Shown piece after piece: positions 19,284-28,562 of a DNA stretch of 64,000 nt (the stretch's first letter is position 1; each line of letters starts with the position of its first letter). Below the pieces are notes generated by a model. It was given only the letters and a program-made list of their open reading frames with translations, ran no database searches and was not told where the DNA came from. The stretch spans positions 504,423 to 568,422 of the forward strand of contig CAWADW010000005.1 of NCBI GenBank assembly GCA_963781145.1. Reading direction: 5' to 3'. Source of the stretch: an uncultured Pseudomonadota bacterium. GTDB taxonomy: Bacteria > Vulcanimicrobiota > Vulcanimicrobiia > Eremiobacterales > Eremiobacteraceae. The position numbers were made by a program, and so were the translations under genes.

Positions 19284-20504
19284 ATGAACGGGGTACTCAT
19301 GAAAGGAATTGGGAATGTTCGCACACAGTCCTTTCCTGGACCGTTTGCCCCAACCAAAGCTGTGCAGCCTGTGATAACGGACAACCGACTAAGGGCCAGA
19401 CCCCACAATCGTCCCTCGGGGCGCGCCGCGGCCTGCCTCGCCGCCATGAGCGGGGGCGTCGACAGCTCGGTGGCGGCCGCCCTGCTTGCTCGTGACGGCG
19501 AAAATCTGCTGGGCATGACCATGCGTTTGTGGAGCCCCGGGCCCGGTTTGTTGAGCGAAAAGGTTCGCCAATGCTGCGGACCGACCGCTTATGAGGACGC
19601 AAAGAGCGCCGCTGAAGTAGCCGGCATACCTCACTATATCGTCAATTTTGAAGCGGCGTTCAGCCGCGCCGTCATCGAGTACTTTTGCGCAGAATATCTA
19701 GCCGGGCGCACGCCCAATCCGTGCGTGGCCTGCAACAATTTCGTCAAGTTCGGAGCGCTCCTTGATTTCGCGCGAGCGCTCGGGATCGTGACTCTGGTCA
19801 CCGGGCACTACGCGAAGGTGATCGTTGACGACGACGGCCCTCACTTGTATCGGGCGGACGATCGTTCCAAGGATCAATCGTACATGCTCGCAGGACTGCG
19901 ACGCGATCAACTCACCTCCATCATCATGCCACTCGGCACGTACACGAAGGAGCACACGCGAACTGCCGCGCGCGAACTTGGCTTGAGCGTTGCGGACAAG
20001 CCTGACTCGGTGGATTTATGTTTTGTCGACGGCGATTATCGCTCGTTCATCGCGGAGCGTTTTCCCGACAGCGCGACGCCCGGTCCGGTTCTCACGCTGG
20101 ACGGGCACATCGTCGGCACGCACGATGGATTGCTCGGGTACACGGTCGGTCAGCGGCGAGGATTGCCCGCGGATCTCCTCGACGGGCCCTGGTACGTCGT
20201 GGGCATCGACCGCTCGGCCAACGCCGTGGTGATTGGTCATCGTGACGAGCTTGCCAAACATTCCGCGTCATGCAGTACGACAAATATTCTTCGCCCCGAC
20301 TTCTTCGAGCGCGAACCCGTGCGTGGCGTCGCGGTTGCCCGCTACAGAAGCCGCGGCATCCCTGCGCTCGCGCGCACCACGTCTCGTGGCGATCTTGTGG
20401 TTGATTTCGATGAGCCGGTGCCGATGCTGACACCCGGGCAGCTTCTCGTGCTGTACGATCCAGACGACTGCGAAGTGCTTGCGTCGGGCATCATCGAGTC
20501 ATGA
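19284..20504 (+). CDS. mnmA: tRNA 2-thiouridine(34) synthase MnmA
   Basis: PP-loop AMSGGVDSSV, CCGPTAYEDA, NPCVACNNFVKFGALLDFA. The start is uncertain; the conserved core begins near 19446. Confidence 0.85.
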   Translation: MNGVLMKGIGNVRTQSFPGPFAPTKAVQPVITDNRLRARPHNRPSGRAAACLAAMSGGVDSSVAAALLARDGENLLGMTMRLWSPGPGLLSEKVRQCCGPTAYEDAKSAAEVAGIPHYIVNFEAAFSRAVIEYFCAEYLAGRTPNPCVACNNFVKFGALLDFARALGIVTLVTGHYAKVIVDDDGPHLYRADDRSKDQSYMLAGLRRDQLTSIIMPLGTYTKEHTRTAARELGLSVADKPDSVDLCFVDGDYRSFIAERFPDSATPGPVLTLDGHIVGTHDGLLGYTVGQRRGLPADLLDGPWYVVGIDRSANAVVIGHRDELAKHSASCSTTNILRPDFFEREPVRGVAVARYRSRGIPALARTTSRGDLVVDFDEPVPMLTPGQLLVLYDPDDCEVLASGIIES

Positions 20505-20598
20505 CGTGTGCAAGATAGATCACGCATTGCGAGGGATTTCCGGCTTGAGGCCCGCGACGAACAAGCCGATGACTTCTAGCGAGGATGGGAAGGTTAGC

Positions 20599-21210
20599 AT
20601 GAAGCTTGCTCCGCTGATTGCCATTCTGCTTGTCCTCGGCGCGTGCGCGCCACATGTCGTGCCATCGTTCGGCTACAAACCAGAAGCCGTGCCAGGCATC
20701 ACGCGTGCGCGCTGCATCGAGATTCTAGGTAAGCCGCAAGATTCACAGCCTTTCTCCATGCCGGGCACGAATCTGGCGGCGGAGGCGATGACGTATCAGT
20801 TTGGACAGGTGTTGGTGGAAGATGGCATCGTTGTGGCTGTCTCCGTGAACAACGACCCTGCGTTTGTCGGACCGTTTGGGATCAAAATCGGCATGTCCGA
20901 AGATGATCTTCGCTCGGCGCTCGCTCATCATGCCCACCACGCCGGCCATATCGAGTTGTACGACGCGATCGGACGCCAAAGCGATACTCGCACGAAAGAC
21001 ATTTACGACGATACGGACCACCTGATGATCGAATTGACCGCCGCCAACGCGAACGACCCGCTGGCACCTTTTAATGTCGCCCAAGTGACCCTCGCAAACC
21101 ACGCCGGGATGATCCTCATCGACGCCTTCACGAAGGCCAGAATCGCCGGACTCTACCCTGACGTGCACGTTGACAACTTTGTTTCAAATACTTGGCAGAT
21201 CGGACGCTGA
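20599..21210 (+). CDS. hypothetical lipoprotein
   Basis: Start MKLAPLIAILLVLGAC (lipobox), preceded by GGGAAGG. No known domain. Confidence 0.5.
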   Translation: MKLAPLIAILLVLGACAPHVVPSFGYKPEAVPGITRARCIEILGKPQDSQPFSMPGTNLAAEAMTYQFGQVLVEDGIVVAVSVNNDPAFVGPFGIKIGMSEDDLRSALAHHAHHAGHIELYDAIGRQSDTRTKDIYDDTDHLMIELTAANANDPLAPFNVAQVTLANHAGMILIDAFTKARIAGLYPDVHVDNFVSNTWQIGR

Positions 21211-21213
21211 CGA

Positions 21214-21801
21214 ATGACCGACGAACCGCTTCACCAGCAGTCAGATGAGGATTTCGGCGTCACCATGCCGCCGAACGCCCGTATCGGCACCTTGGTCTTC
21301 GAAAAGCCATCGCGCACGGTGCACGTGCAATTAGCAGATGGCGGGGAGGAGAGAGTTATCGCAGCCCACGACCTGCGCTCGCTCTATGGCGCCCGCATCC
21401 GGCATGTCTCAGTGTCGCGCGTGCCGCCGAAATCTCAAGGCATCGCCTTGAGTTCAACTGCATTGAAAGCGACAGGTCACTTGCCGCAGGCCGCGCTTGA
21501 CCCGAGTCACCGAACCGGCACGGAGGTGGTGCGCGAAGATCTGTATTACGCGATTGCCATGCGTATTGAGAAGCTGCCCGAGCTGTGGTACCTCAATGCC
21601 AGTTCGTTTAATTTTCGCAAGGCGCTCGGTGCCGATGCAACCTACTCGACTGAAATCAACTTGCGCGAGTTCGTGCGCCGGCTCGCTCAATTCTCCCCAG
21701 ATGCCGTTCGCGACGGTTTCTTTACGGCGATCCTCCAGAGTTCGCCGCTGCCGCCTCCGCTCGAAAGTCTGCTTGAGTTCTTCCGTATCGTCGCGCGCTA
21801 A
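21214..21801 (+). CDS. hypothetical protein
   Basis: 195-aa ORF, good coding composition, no recognised domain. Confidence 0.45.
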   Translation: MTDEPLHQQSDEDFGVTMPPNARIGTLVFEKPSRTVHVQLADGGEERVIAAHDLRSLYGARIRHVSVSRVPPKSQGIALSSTALKATGHLPQAALDPSHRTGTEVVREDLYYAIAMRIEKLPELWYLNASSFNFRKALGADATYSTEINLREFVRRLAQFSPDAVRDGFFTAILQSSPLPPPLESLLEFFRIVAR

Positions 21802-21803
21802 CG

Positions 21804-22889
21804 TTACGCCGAGGTTGCGAGCGGGTAATCGCGGCGCTGGAAATACGTGTCGCGGACAACCGGAACGTAACCAGCTTGCCGAATAGCGCGCTCGAGATCC
21901 GCGCGCGTTGCGTGGTTGGTGCTGCCGGCCAGGGTGACGACACGCTCCTCTAAGATCGTGCCGCCCATATCGTCGGCTCCGTGGAGGAGGGCGAGTTGCC
22001 CGAGTTTGAGTCCGGGCGTTAGCCACGAGGACTGAACGTGCGGGAAATTATCGAGGTAGAGCCGGCTGATCGCGATGACCCTCAAGTAGTCAATTCCTGA
22101 AGCCTCGCGCCCCCGCAGCGGGGTCTTGTGCGGCACGTAATACCAAGGGATGAAGGCCAAGAACCCATTGGTTTCGTCCTGCAGTTCTCGCAAAACTTCC
22201 AGATGAGTGATTCGTTCGGCTTCGGTTTCCACCGACCCGAACATCATCGTTGCCGTCGTAGGCATGCCAAGTCGTTGCGCGACACGCATGACCTCGAGCC
22301 AGCGGTCGTCGTTGATCTTCCGTGCCGAAATTCTCTTGCGCACGCGCTCCACCAAAATTTCGGCACCCGCCCCGGGCAACGATTTGAGGCCCGCCGCGCG
22401 CAAGGTAGAAAGCACATCTTCAACGCTCATGTTCTCGCGTTTGGCGATGCCGCAGATCTCGCTTGTCGAAAGCGAATGGATGTCGACCCCGGGAAATTGC
22501 TCGCCGATCCGCTGGAACAGCTCCACGTAATATTGGATCGCGAGATCTGGATTTACGCCACCCTGAACCATGATTTGCGTTGCGCCTTGATCGACCGCCC
22601 ACTTCACCCGAGCGAGCACCTCGTCATGGGTCATCGTGTAGCCTTCGGCGTGACCCTCGGGACGGAAAAACGCGCAAAACGAGCAGTGGACGTTGCAAAT
22701 GTTCGTATAGTTGATCGTGGTATCGATGACGTAGGAAACTTCGCGCCCGGGATGCATGGCACAGCGTCGGCGGTGGGCCGCAGCTCCCAAGTCGTGCAGC
22801 GAGGCTTCGCGATACACAGCGAGCCCTTCGTCATACCTGAGACGCTCGCCGCGCGCGGCGCGCTCGAGAAGTTCGTCGACGTCAAACAC
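21804..22889 (-). CDS. mqnC: radical SAM menaquinone-biosynthesis enzyme, MqnC/MqnE family (futalosine pathway)
   Basis: CNVHCSFCAF radical-SAM motif and a CofH/MqnC-like body. GTG start at 22889 (VFDVDELLER...) overlaps the mqnA stop (GTGTTTGA). The ORF-track start at 23201 is not coding-like. Confidence 0.8.
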   Translation of the reverse strand: MFDVDELLERAARGERLRYDEGLAVYREASLHDLGAAAHRRRCAMHPGREVSYVIDTTINYTNICNVHCSFCAFFRPEGHAEGYTMTHDEVLARVKWAVDQGATQIMVQGGVNPDLAIQYYVELFQRIGEQFPGVDIHSLSTSEICGIAKRENMSVEDVLSTLRAAGLKSLPGAGAEILVERVRKRISARKINDDRWLEVMRVAQRLGMPTTATMMFGSVETEAERITHLEVLRELQDETNGFLAFIPWYYVPHKTPLRGREASGIDYLRVIAISRLYLDNFPHVQSSWLTPGLKLGQLALLHGADDMGGTILEERVVTLAGSTNHATRADLERAIRQAGYVPVVRDTYFQRRDYPLATSA

Positions 22890-23730
22890 GCTGGGGCACC
22901 TTCTCAAAGAAGCGCATCGGAGGTGCCTCACGCAACACGCCCGCTTCCTTTGCGCTGGCAAAAAAAGTCGCGAGTGCGGCGAGAGCTTCCTCGTCGAGGC
23001 GGAAGTTGAGCGCGCGATAGTACTCAGCGTAGAAGCCAGCGCGGCGCGGATGAACCCTTTGGGCCTTGCGAATGACGTGTTCGATGTTCTCCAAGCCCCA
23101 CGCCAGGGATGCGGCGAGCGCGCTTGCGACTGCACGAGTCGCGTCCGGCGCCGTACGGGCGTACTCGGCGCGGACCGCCCAAACGGCAAACACCATGCCA
23201 CTCCCAGACAGGGCGCGCCACAGCGTGCCGAGATCGAAGAGGCTTGCCTCTGGCAGCATCTCAGATGCGTCGACGGCCTTGTCTCCGATCAGAAGACAGG
23301 GCGAACCGTCTTTGAGATACGATGCCAGCGGATCGTCGCTTTCCGTCATGACCGGATCAAAACCGTACCATGTCCGACAAATCACTCGCAGGAGCGTCCG
23401 CGCCGTGAGCGATTCCTTGGTCACCGCAATGGTCGTGCCGGCGAGCGTTGCGGGTTCGCGCGCGGAAATGCAGTAGATACTGCGCACCGCATCGCGTGCG
23501 CCGACGCAGATGTCGGGTAAGAGCAACAGCTCATCCGCGTGCGCGGCGTACAGCGCGGATGAGATCGGGCTGATGTCGAGCTGGCCTTCGAGCAGCGCGC
23601 GGTTCAATTCGGACGGCACATCTGCCACGAGCGTGCCGGGAAAGGCCAATACGTCGTCGTCGATCGCCGCGTAGACTGGAAGATCGTTTGTGTACGAAAT
23701 TCGACCGCAGCGCGGGGGGGCGAATGACAT
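22882..23730 (-). CDS. mqnA: chorismate dehydratase MqnA (futalosine pathway)
   Basis: Start MSFAPPRCGRISYTNDLPVY..., the MqnA family (about 280 aa, periplasmic-binding-protein-like fold). Confidence 0.8.
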   Translation of the reverse strand: MSFAPPRCGRISYTNDLPVYAAIDDDVLAFPGTLVADVPSELNRALLEGQLDISPISSALYAAHADELLLLPDICVGARDAVRSIYCISAREPATLAGTTIAVTKESLTARTLLRVICRTWYGFDPVMTESDDPLASYLKDGSPCLLIGDKAVDASEMLPEASLFDLGTLWRALSGSGMVFAVWAVRAEYARTAPDATRAVASALAASLAWGLENIEHVIRKAQRVHPRRAGFYAEYYRALNFRLDEEALAALATFFASAKEAGVLREAPPMRFFEKVPQRV

Positions 23731-23735
23731 GCTCT

Positions 23736-24848
23736 TTAGACCGGTTCGAGAACTTTGTAAAGTAAGTTGCGGCGTGTGGGCTCGAAGCCTGCCTCCGCGA
23801 TCGCGCGTTTGAGTTCGACGATTGGCGTACTTTGATCGGTCGTGCTGCCCGCGTCGCGATAAATCTGTTGCTCGTTGTGCACCGTGCCGTCGATGTCGTC
23901 GGCACCGTAATGCAGCCCAAGCTGCGCCATCTTGATGCCGTACGATATCCAATACGCTTTGATGTGGTCGATGTTGTCGAGCATGAGGCGCGAGACCGCG
24001 ATGGTTTTGAGGTCGTCGATGCCGCCCGTCCAGCCGCACGCTTCCAACTCGTTGCCATCAGGATGAAAAGCAAGCGGAACGAAACATTTGAAGCCGCCTG
24101 TTTCCGCTTGCAGGGCGCGCAAAAGGATCAGATGCTCCACCCGCTCTTGGATCGTTTCGATGTGACCGTAGAGCATGGTGCAATTGGTTCGGATGCCAAG
24201 CCCGTGGGCCACGCGGTGCACGGCGAGCCACTCTTCAACGTTGGCTTTGTGAGGGCAGAGAATGTCGCGAACACGCTTGACGAGAATTTCCGCGCCGCCG
24301 CCGTTGAGGGAAGTGAGACCGGCGTCGCGCAGCTGGCGCAGACCTTCTTCGTACGTGCAGCGCGCTCGCTTGCACATGTAGTCAATTTCGGCCGCTGTGA
24401 AGAGGGCGAGTTGGACGTGGGGGATGCGCTCGTGCAGCTCCGCAATGGCGGGAATCCAAAACTCGAGGCTCGTCTGCTTGGGGTCGTGACCACCAACGAT
24501 GTGGAGCTCGTCGTAGTCATTGGGCTCGGCGCACGCCTTCTCCAAGATCGTCTCGAGCGACATCCGGTACGATCGCGGCTCCTTCTCGTGCGCAGCGAAC
24601 GAACAAAATTTGCAGCCTGCGTAGCAGACGTTGGTGGTGTTTAGGTAGCGCTTGACGACGTAATATGCGCGCTTGCCGTTCTTTTTGGTTCGCAGGCCCT
24701 GCGCGAGTTTGCCCACGGCGTGAAACGGGGCTTCGGTATAAAGAAAAACACCGTCGGGGAGGGTCAAAGGAACGCCGGCATCCACCTTTTCCGCAATCGC
24801 GTCGAACCGGGTCTGGGCGCTCATGATGTGCGCGGGTTCGTCAGGCAT
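23736..24848 (-). CDS. mqnE: radical SAM menaquinone-biosynthesis enzyme, MqnE/MqnC family (aminofutalosine synthase-like)
   Basis: CYAGCKFCSF radical-SAM motif, paralogous to the downstream gene. Confidence 0.8.
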   Translation of the reverse strand: MPDEPAHIMSAQTRFDAIAEKVDAGVPLTLPDGVFLYTEAPFHAVGKLAQGLRTKKNGKRAYYVVKRYLNTTNVCYAGCKFCSFAAHEKEPRSYRMSLETILEKACAEPNDYDELHIVGGHDPKQTSLEFWIPAIAELHERIPHVQLALFTAAEIDYMCKRARCTYEEGLRQLRDAGLTSLNGGGAEILVKRVRDILCPHKANVEEWLAVHRVAHGLGIRTNCTMLYGHIETIQERVEHLILLRALQAETGGFKCFVPLAFHPDGNELEACGWTGGIDDLKTIAVSRLMLDNIDHIKAYWISYGIKMAQLGLHYGADDIDGTVHNEQQIYRDAGSTTDQSTPIVELKRAIAEAGFEPTRRNLLYKVLEPV

Positions 24849-24890
24849 TTGAGGCCGGCCTGTACCAGTCGTACTTATGTAGCAGCCCGT

Positions 24891-27110
24891 CTACATATCC
24901 GTCGTTCCGTCAGATGGCGCGAGCATGTCGGCTAACTGATCGATATCGGCGACGCCAACAAGAATCTTGCGCGGCTTCGTTCCCTCGGTGGGTCCCACGA
25001 CGCGATATTCCTCGAGAATCTTCATGAGGCGCACGGCGCGGGGATGGCCGACTTTCAACTCGGCTTGCAGCAGCGCAACCGATGCCATCTGTCGCTCGAT
25101 GATGATCCGCGCAGCCTCAAAGGCAAGCTCGTCTTGCGGAGCACGGCCATCCTCTTCCACTTCACTGAGCGTCATCTCGATGCGGTTGGCCGGATCTTCT
25201 TGATCACGCCAGAACTCGCACAGGCGCTCGAGCTCGTCACCGGTCACCAGCGCCCCCTGCACGCGAATAGGTTTGGGCGCGTCGATCGGGAGAAACAGCA
25301 TGTCGCCGCGCCCAAGCAAGCGCTCCGCCCCCGCCATGTCGATGATCGTTCGCGAATCGACTTGCGATGAGACGGCGAAGGCAATGCGTGAGGGAATGTT
25401 GGCTTTGATCAACCCGGTGATCACGTCAACGGACGGTCGCTGCGTGGCGACGACTAAGTGGATGCCGGTCGCCCGGGCGAGTTGCGCGATGCGGCAAATG
25501 CTGGTCTCAACGCGCGTGGGCGCCACCAGCATGAGATCGGCGAGCTCGTCGATGACGACGACGATATAGGGCAACGGCTCCTCGCGATAATTCGCGTTGT
25601 ATTCTTCGATCTTGCGCACGCCGGCTTTGGCAAACACTTCATAGCGCGCATCCATCTCTCTCGTGAGTTCGAACAGTGCCCCCGCAGCAAGCTTGGGGTC
25701 GGTGATGCATTCACGGATAAGGTGCGGTATGCCGTTGTATGAGGTCAGCTCAACCCGTTTTGGGTCGATGAGCATCAACTGCATTTGATCGGGCGTGCAG
25801 GTGGCCAGCAGCGACGTGATAATTACGTTGAGACACACGCTCTTGCCCGCACCGGTTGCGCCCGCAACGAGTAAATGCGGCATGCGCGTGAGGTCGCCGA
25901 TGATCGGGCGTCCGGTAATATCTTTACCAAGCGCAAAAAAGAGCTTGCCCTCGCCGCGAGGCAAATAATCCAAAATCTCCCGAACGCTCACGTTCGCAAC
26001 CGCGCTGTTCGGCACCTCAATGCCAACGGCGGCTTTTCCGGGAATGGGTGCCTCAATACGAACGCTCTGTGCTGCAAGCGTGAGTTGAATATTGTCCGCG
26101 AGCGATTTGATGGCGCTGACCTTGACGCCCTTGGCCGGCGTGATTTCGTACCGCGTGACGCTGGGTCCGCGCTCGATATGCGTGACCTTGGCTATGACGC
26201 CGAACGACGCAAGTGTTTCCTCCAAAATCAGCGCAGCGCTCGCCTGGTCTTGGACGCGTTTCTCGGGCGGATTAAATAAGGCGTAGTCAGGCAATCGGTA
26301 TTCCGCGGAACCGAGTGCGCGTTGTTCAGACGGAGTCGCGGTGATTCGTCTTGGCTCGCGGTGACGCTCCGGCTGCGGGCCGACAACCTTTGGGCCTTCT
26401 TGAACTGGCGATCGAAACGATGCTTCAACCTGCGGTTGCGCAAGCATTGGATCTGTGATCGCGACGTCGCTTGCAACCGTTGGTGGCACAAAGAGTGTGG
26501 GAGCTTGCGTCGGTTCGAGGGCCTGTTGTACCTCCGAAGCACTCGGCGTGCGCCGGACAAACGTTGACCTCGACCACGGAGCGAGCATAGCCGCAACGCG
26601 ATTCCAAACATTCACCGCGAAGCCGCTGATGGTGGCGACGAGCGACTTGAGTGATATTCTTGTCGGGGCAACAATAAACGCCAATGCACCAAACGCGAAG
26701 ACGACGCGGGCGCCGGCAGGTCCAAGAAGCCAGACGCAACCATGCCCAATGGCGTTGCCAATGTAGCCACCGTGCTGGCTGAGTCCAAGCCAGCCGGCGA
26801 CGACAAGAAATTCCCCCACGGCGCACAGCGCAAAAAGTGCCAGCCTTCGCATCGCGTGCAGCTCGAGAAAAACAATCGCCGCCACTGCCGCGAGGAGCGC
26901 GATGGCAAGCCAGGCGGCTGCCCCAAATCCACCACGGAGCATATCGGCGACAATCGGGCCGAGCGAGCCCGTGCGACCGGCTGGCAATACGAGAGCAAGC
27001 GCGAGCAACACCGCGAGAGACAGCAGGGCGACGCCCACGATTTCTAAGTTGAGCGTTAACCCGGGGAGTGGATCGACTCGCCGGGAACGCGCCGCCTTCG
27101 TTTGTTTCAT
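24891..27110 (-). CDS. ftsK: DNA translocase FtsK (SpoIIIE family)
   Basis: N-terminal transmembrane helices, Walker A AGATGAGKSV, Walker B VVVIDELAD, and a C-terminal gamma winged-helix. Confidence 0.9.
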   Translation of the reverse strand: MKQTKAARSRRVDPLPGLTLNLEIVGVALLSLAVLLALALVLPAGRTGSLGPIVADMLRGGFGAAAWLAIALLAAVAAIVFLELHAMRRLALFALCAVGEFLVVAGWLGLSQHGGYIGNAIGHGCVWLLGPAGARVVFAFGALAFIVAPTRISLKSLVATISGFAVNVWNRVAAMLAPWSRSTFVRRTPSASEVQQALEPTQAPTLFVPPTVASDVAITDPMLAQPQVEASFRSPVQEGPKVVGPQPERHREPRRITATPSEQRALGSAEYRLPDYALFNPPEKRVQDQASAALILEETLASFGVIAKVTHIERGPSVTRYEITPAKGVKVSAIKSLADNIQLTLAAQSVRIEAPIPGKAAVGIEVPNSAVANVSVREILDYLPRGEGKLFFALGKDITGRPIIGDLTRMPHLLVAGATGAGKSVCLNVIITSLLATCTPDQMQLMLIDPKRVELTSYNGIPHLIRECITDPKLAAGALFELTREMDARYEVFAKAGVRKIEEYNANYREEPLPYIVVVIDELADLMLVAPTRVETSICRIAQLARATGIHLVVATQRPSVDVITGLIKANIPSRIAFAVSSQVDSRTIIDMAGAERLLGRGDMLFLPIDAPKPIRVQGALVTGDELERLCEFWRDQEDPANRIEMTLSEVEEDGRAPQDELAFEAARIIIERQMASVALLQAELKVGHPRAVRLMKILEEYRVVGPTEGTKPRKILVGVADIDQLADMLAPSDGTTDM

Positions 27111-27166
27111 GTCTTAGCGTACAAGCGTTCGATGCAAGTGTAGCAACGGACCTTTAGACCGCTGCG

Positions 27167-28096
27167 CTAGTGAATGGATTTTGGGTCGAGCGCATCGCGC
27201 AATCCATCACCCAATAAGTTGAATCCCAAAACGGTGATGGAGATGGCAAGTCCGGGGAAGAGCAGCGCCCAAGGTGCGTTCAACCAATAATCTCTTGCAT
27301 CGTTGAGCATCGAGCCCCATTCGGGCGTTGGCGGTTGGATTCCCAAGCCCAGATAGGAAAGGCCAGCGGAATCGAGTTCGGCAGTGCCGATGCCGAGAGT
27401 CGCTTGCACGATGAGGGGCGCGAGAATATTCGGCAAGATATGTTTCGAGAGCAGGCTGAGGGTGTTGTTGCCGACCGCCCTTGCGGATTCGACGAACTCT
27501 TGTTCCTTGACAGCGAGTACCGACGATCTCGCGATGCGCGCGTAGATGGGTATCGCAACGATACCAATCGCAAAAAAAAGTTTGACGACGTCGCTCACTC
27601 GCTGGTCGAGAATTGCTGAAATCGCGATGGCCAAAATGATGGTGGGGAAGGCGAGCATGACGTCCACCAGCCCCATCAGGGCAACGTCAAGCGAGCCGCC
27701 CCAGAATCCGGAGACAATGCCGATCAGGGTGCCAATGGCGAGTGCGATACCTACCGAAACGAATCCGATCTCGAGCGACAGTCGCGCTCCAAAGAGCAAA
27801 CGCGTAAAGATATCGCGACCGAGTTTATCGGTGCCAGCCAAGTGTTCAAAAGAGGGAGGCAAGACGGTCGTTCCAAGATTTGTGAACAGCGGGTCAGTGT
27901 GTCCGGAGACGATCGGCGCAAAGATCGCCGCGACGCCAAGCACTGCAATGATCACCATCCCGATCACTGCAGATGGACTGCGGCGGAAACTGCGCCAGGC
28001 TCTCGCGCCGACCGAAGCGTAGGGTCCGATAGCCGTAACGTCGGAAACCGCCACGCTGTCTATAAGGAAGGGACTTGCAGCCGTAGGCTCGGGCAT
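27167..28096 (-). CDS. ABC transporter permease (DppC/OppC-type peptide/nickel permease), orphan
   Basis: BPD-transport signature around LEIGFVSVGIALAIGTLIGIVSGFWGG...ILAIAIS. No adjacent DppB/A/D/F genes. Confidence 0.8.
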   Translation of the reverse strand: MPEPTAASPFLIDSVAVSDVTAIGPYASVGARAWRSFRRSPSAVIGMVIIAVLGVAAIFAPIVSGHTDPLFTNLGTTVLPPSFEHLAGTDKLGRDIFTRLLFGARLSLEIGFVSVGIALAIGTLIGIVSGFWGGSLDVALMGLVDVMLAFPTIILAIAISAILDQRVSDVVKLFFAIGIVAIPIYARIARSSVLAVKEQEFVESARAVGNNTLSLLSKHILPNILAPLIVQATLGIGTAELDSAGLSYLGLGIQPPTPEWGSMLNDARDYWLNAPWALLFPGLAISITVLGFNLLGDGLRDALDPKSIH

Positions 28097-28266
28097 CGCC
28101 GCTGGTTCACCGGTTAGCCCGGAAATTCCGGGTGCGGGGGATCAACCTTTTTCATAGTGCCACTATGATCCCCAACTAGCACTGGGGAAACCACTGGTCC
28201 ATAAGATCACGTCGCCTGGTACAATATCACCAAGGCCTGGAGCTATCGTCAAGGAGGTAACTGATC

Positions 28267-28560
28267 ATGGCAGCGTACGCAGTGGCTAAAATGAAGTGGA
28301 CCGAGATGCAAGGTCCTGAACGTTACCTGAAGCTTGTGCAGAACACGCTGAAGTTATTTGGTGGAAAATATCTTGCTTTCGGGCCCGTCACTGTTATGGA
28401 GGGCAGTGACGCCCCGCTTGACTTAGCAATCGTAGAATTTCCTTCGCTCGATGCGGCGAAACAGTTTTACGAATCGGAGGACTACAGTCTCCCGCGCAAG
28501 ATTCGGGCGGTCTCCGCAAAAACGGATTGGGTTGTTTTTGTCGACGGCCTGAAAATCTAG
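28267..28560 (+). CDS. DUF1330 domain protein
   Basis: MAAYAVAKMKW...YLK...FGGKYLA.G..VMEG.....LAIVEFPSLDAAKQFYES.DY. Preceded by AAGGAGG. Confidence 0.6.
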   Translation: MAAYAVAKMKWTEMQGPERYLKLVQNTLKLFGGKYLAFGPVTVMEGSDAPLDLAIVEFPSLDAAKQFYESEDYSLPRKIRAVSAKTDWVVFVDGLKI

Positions 28561-28562
28561 CA

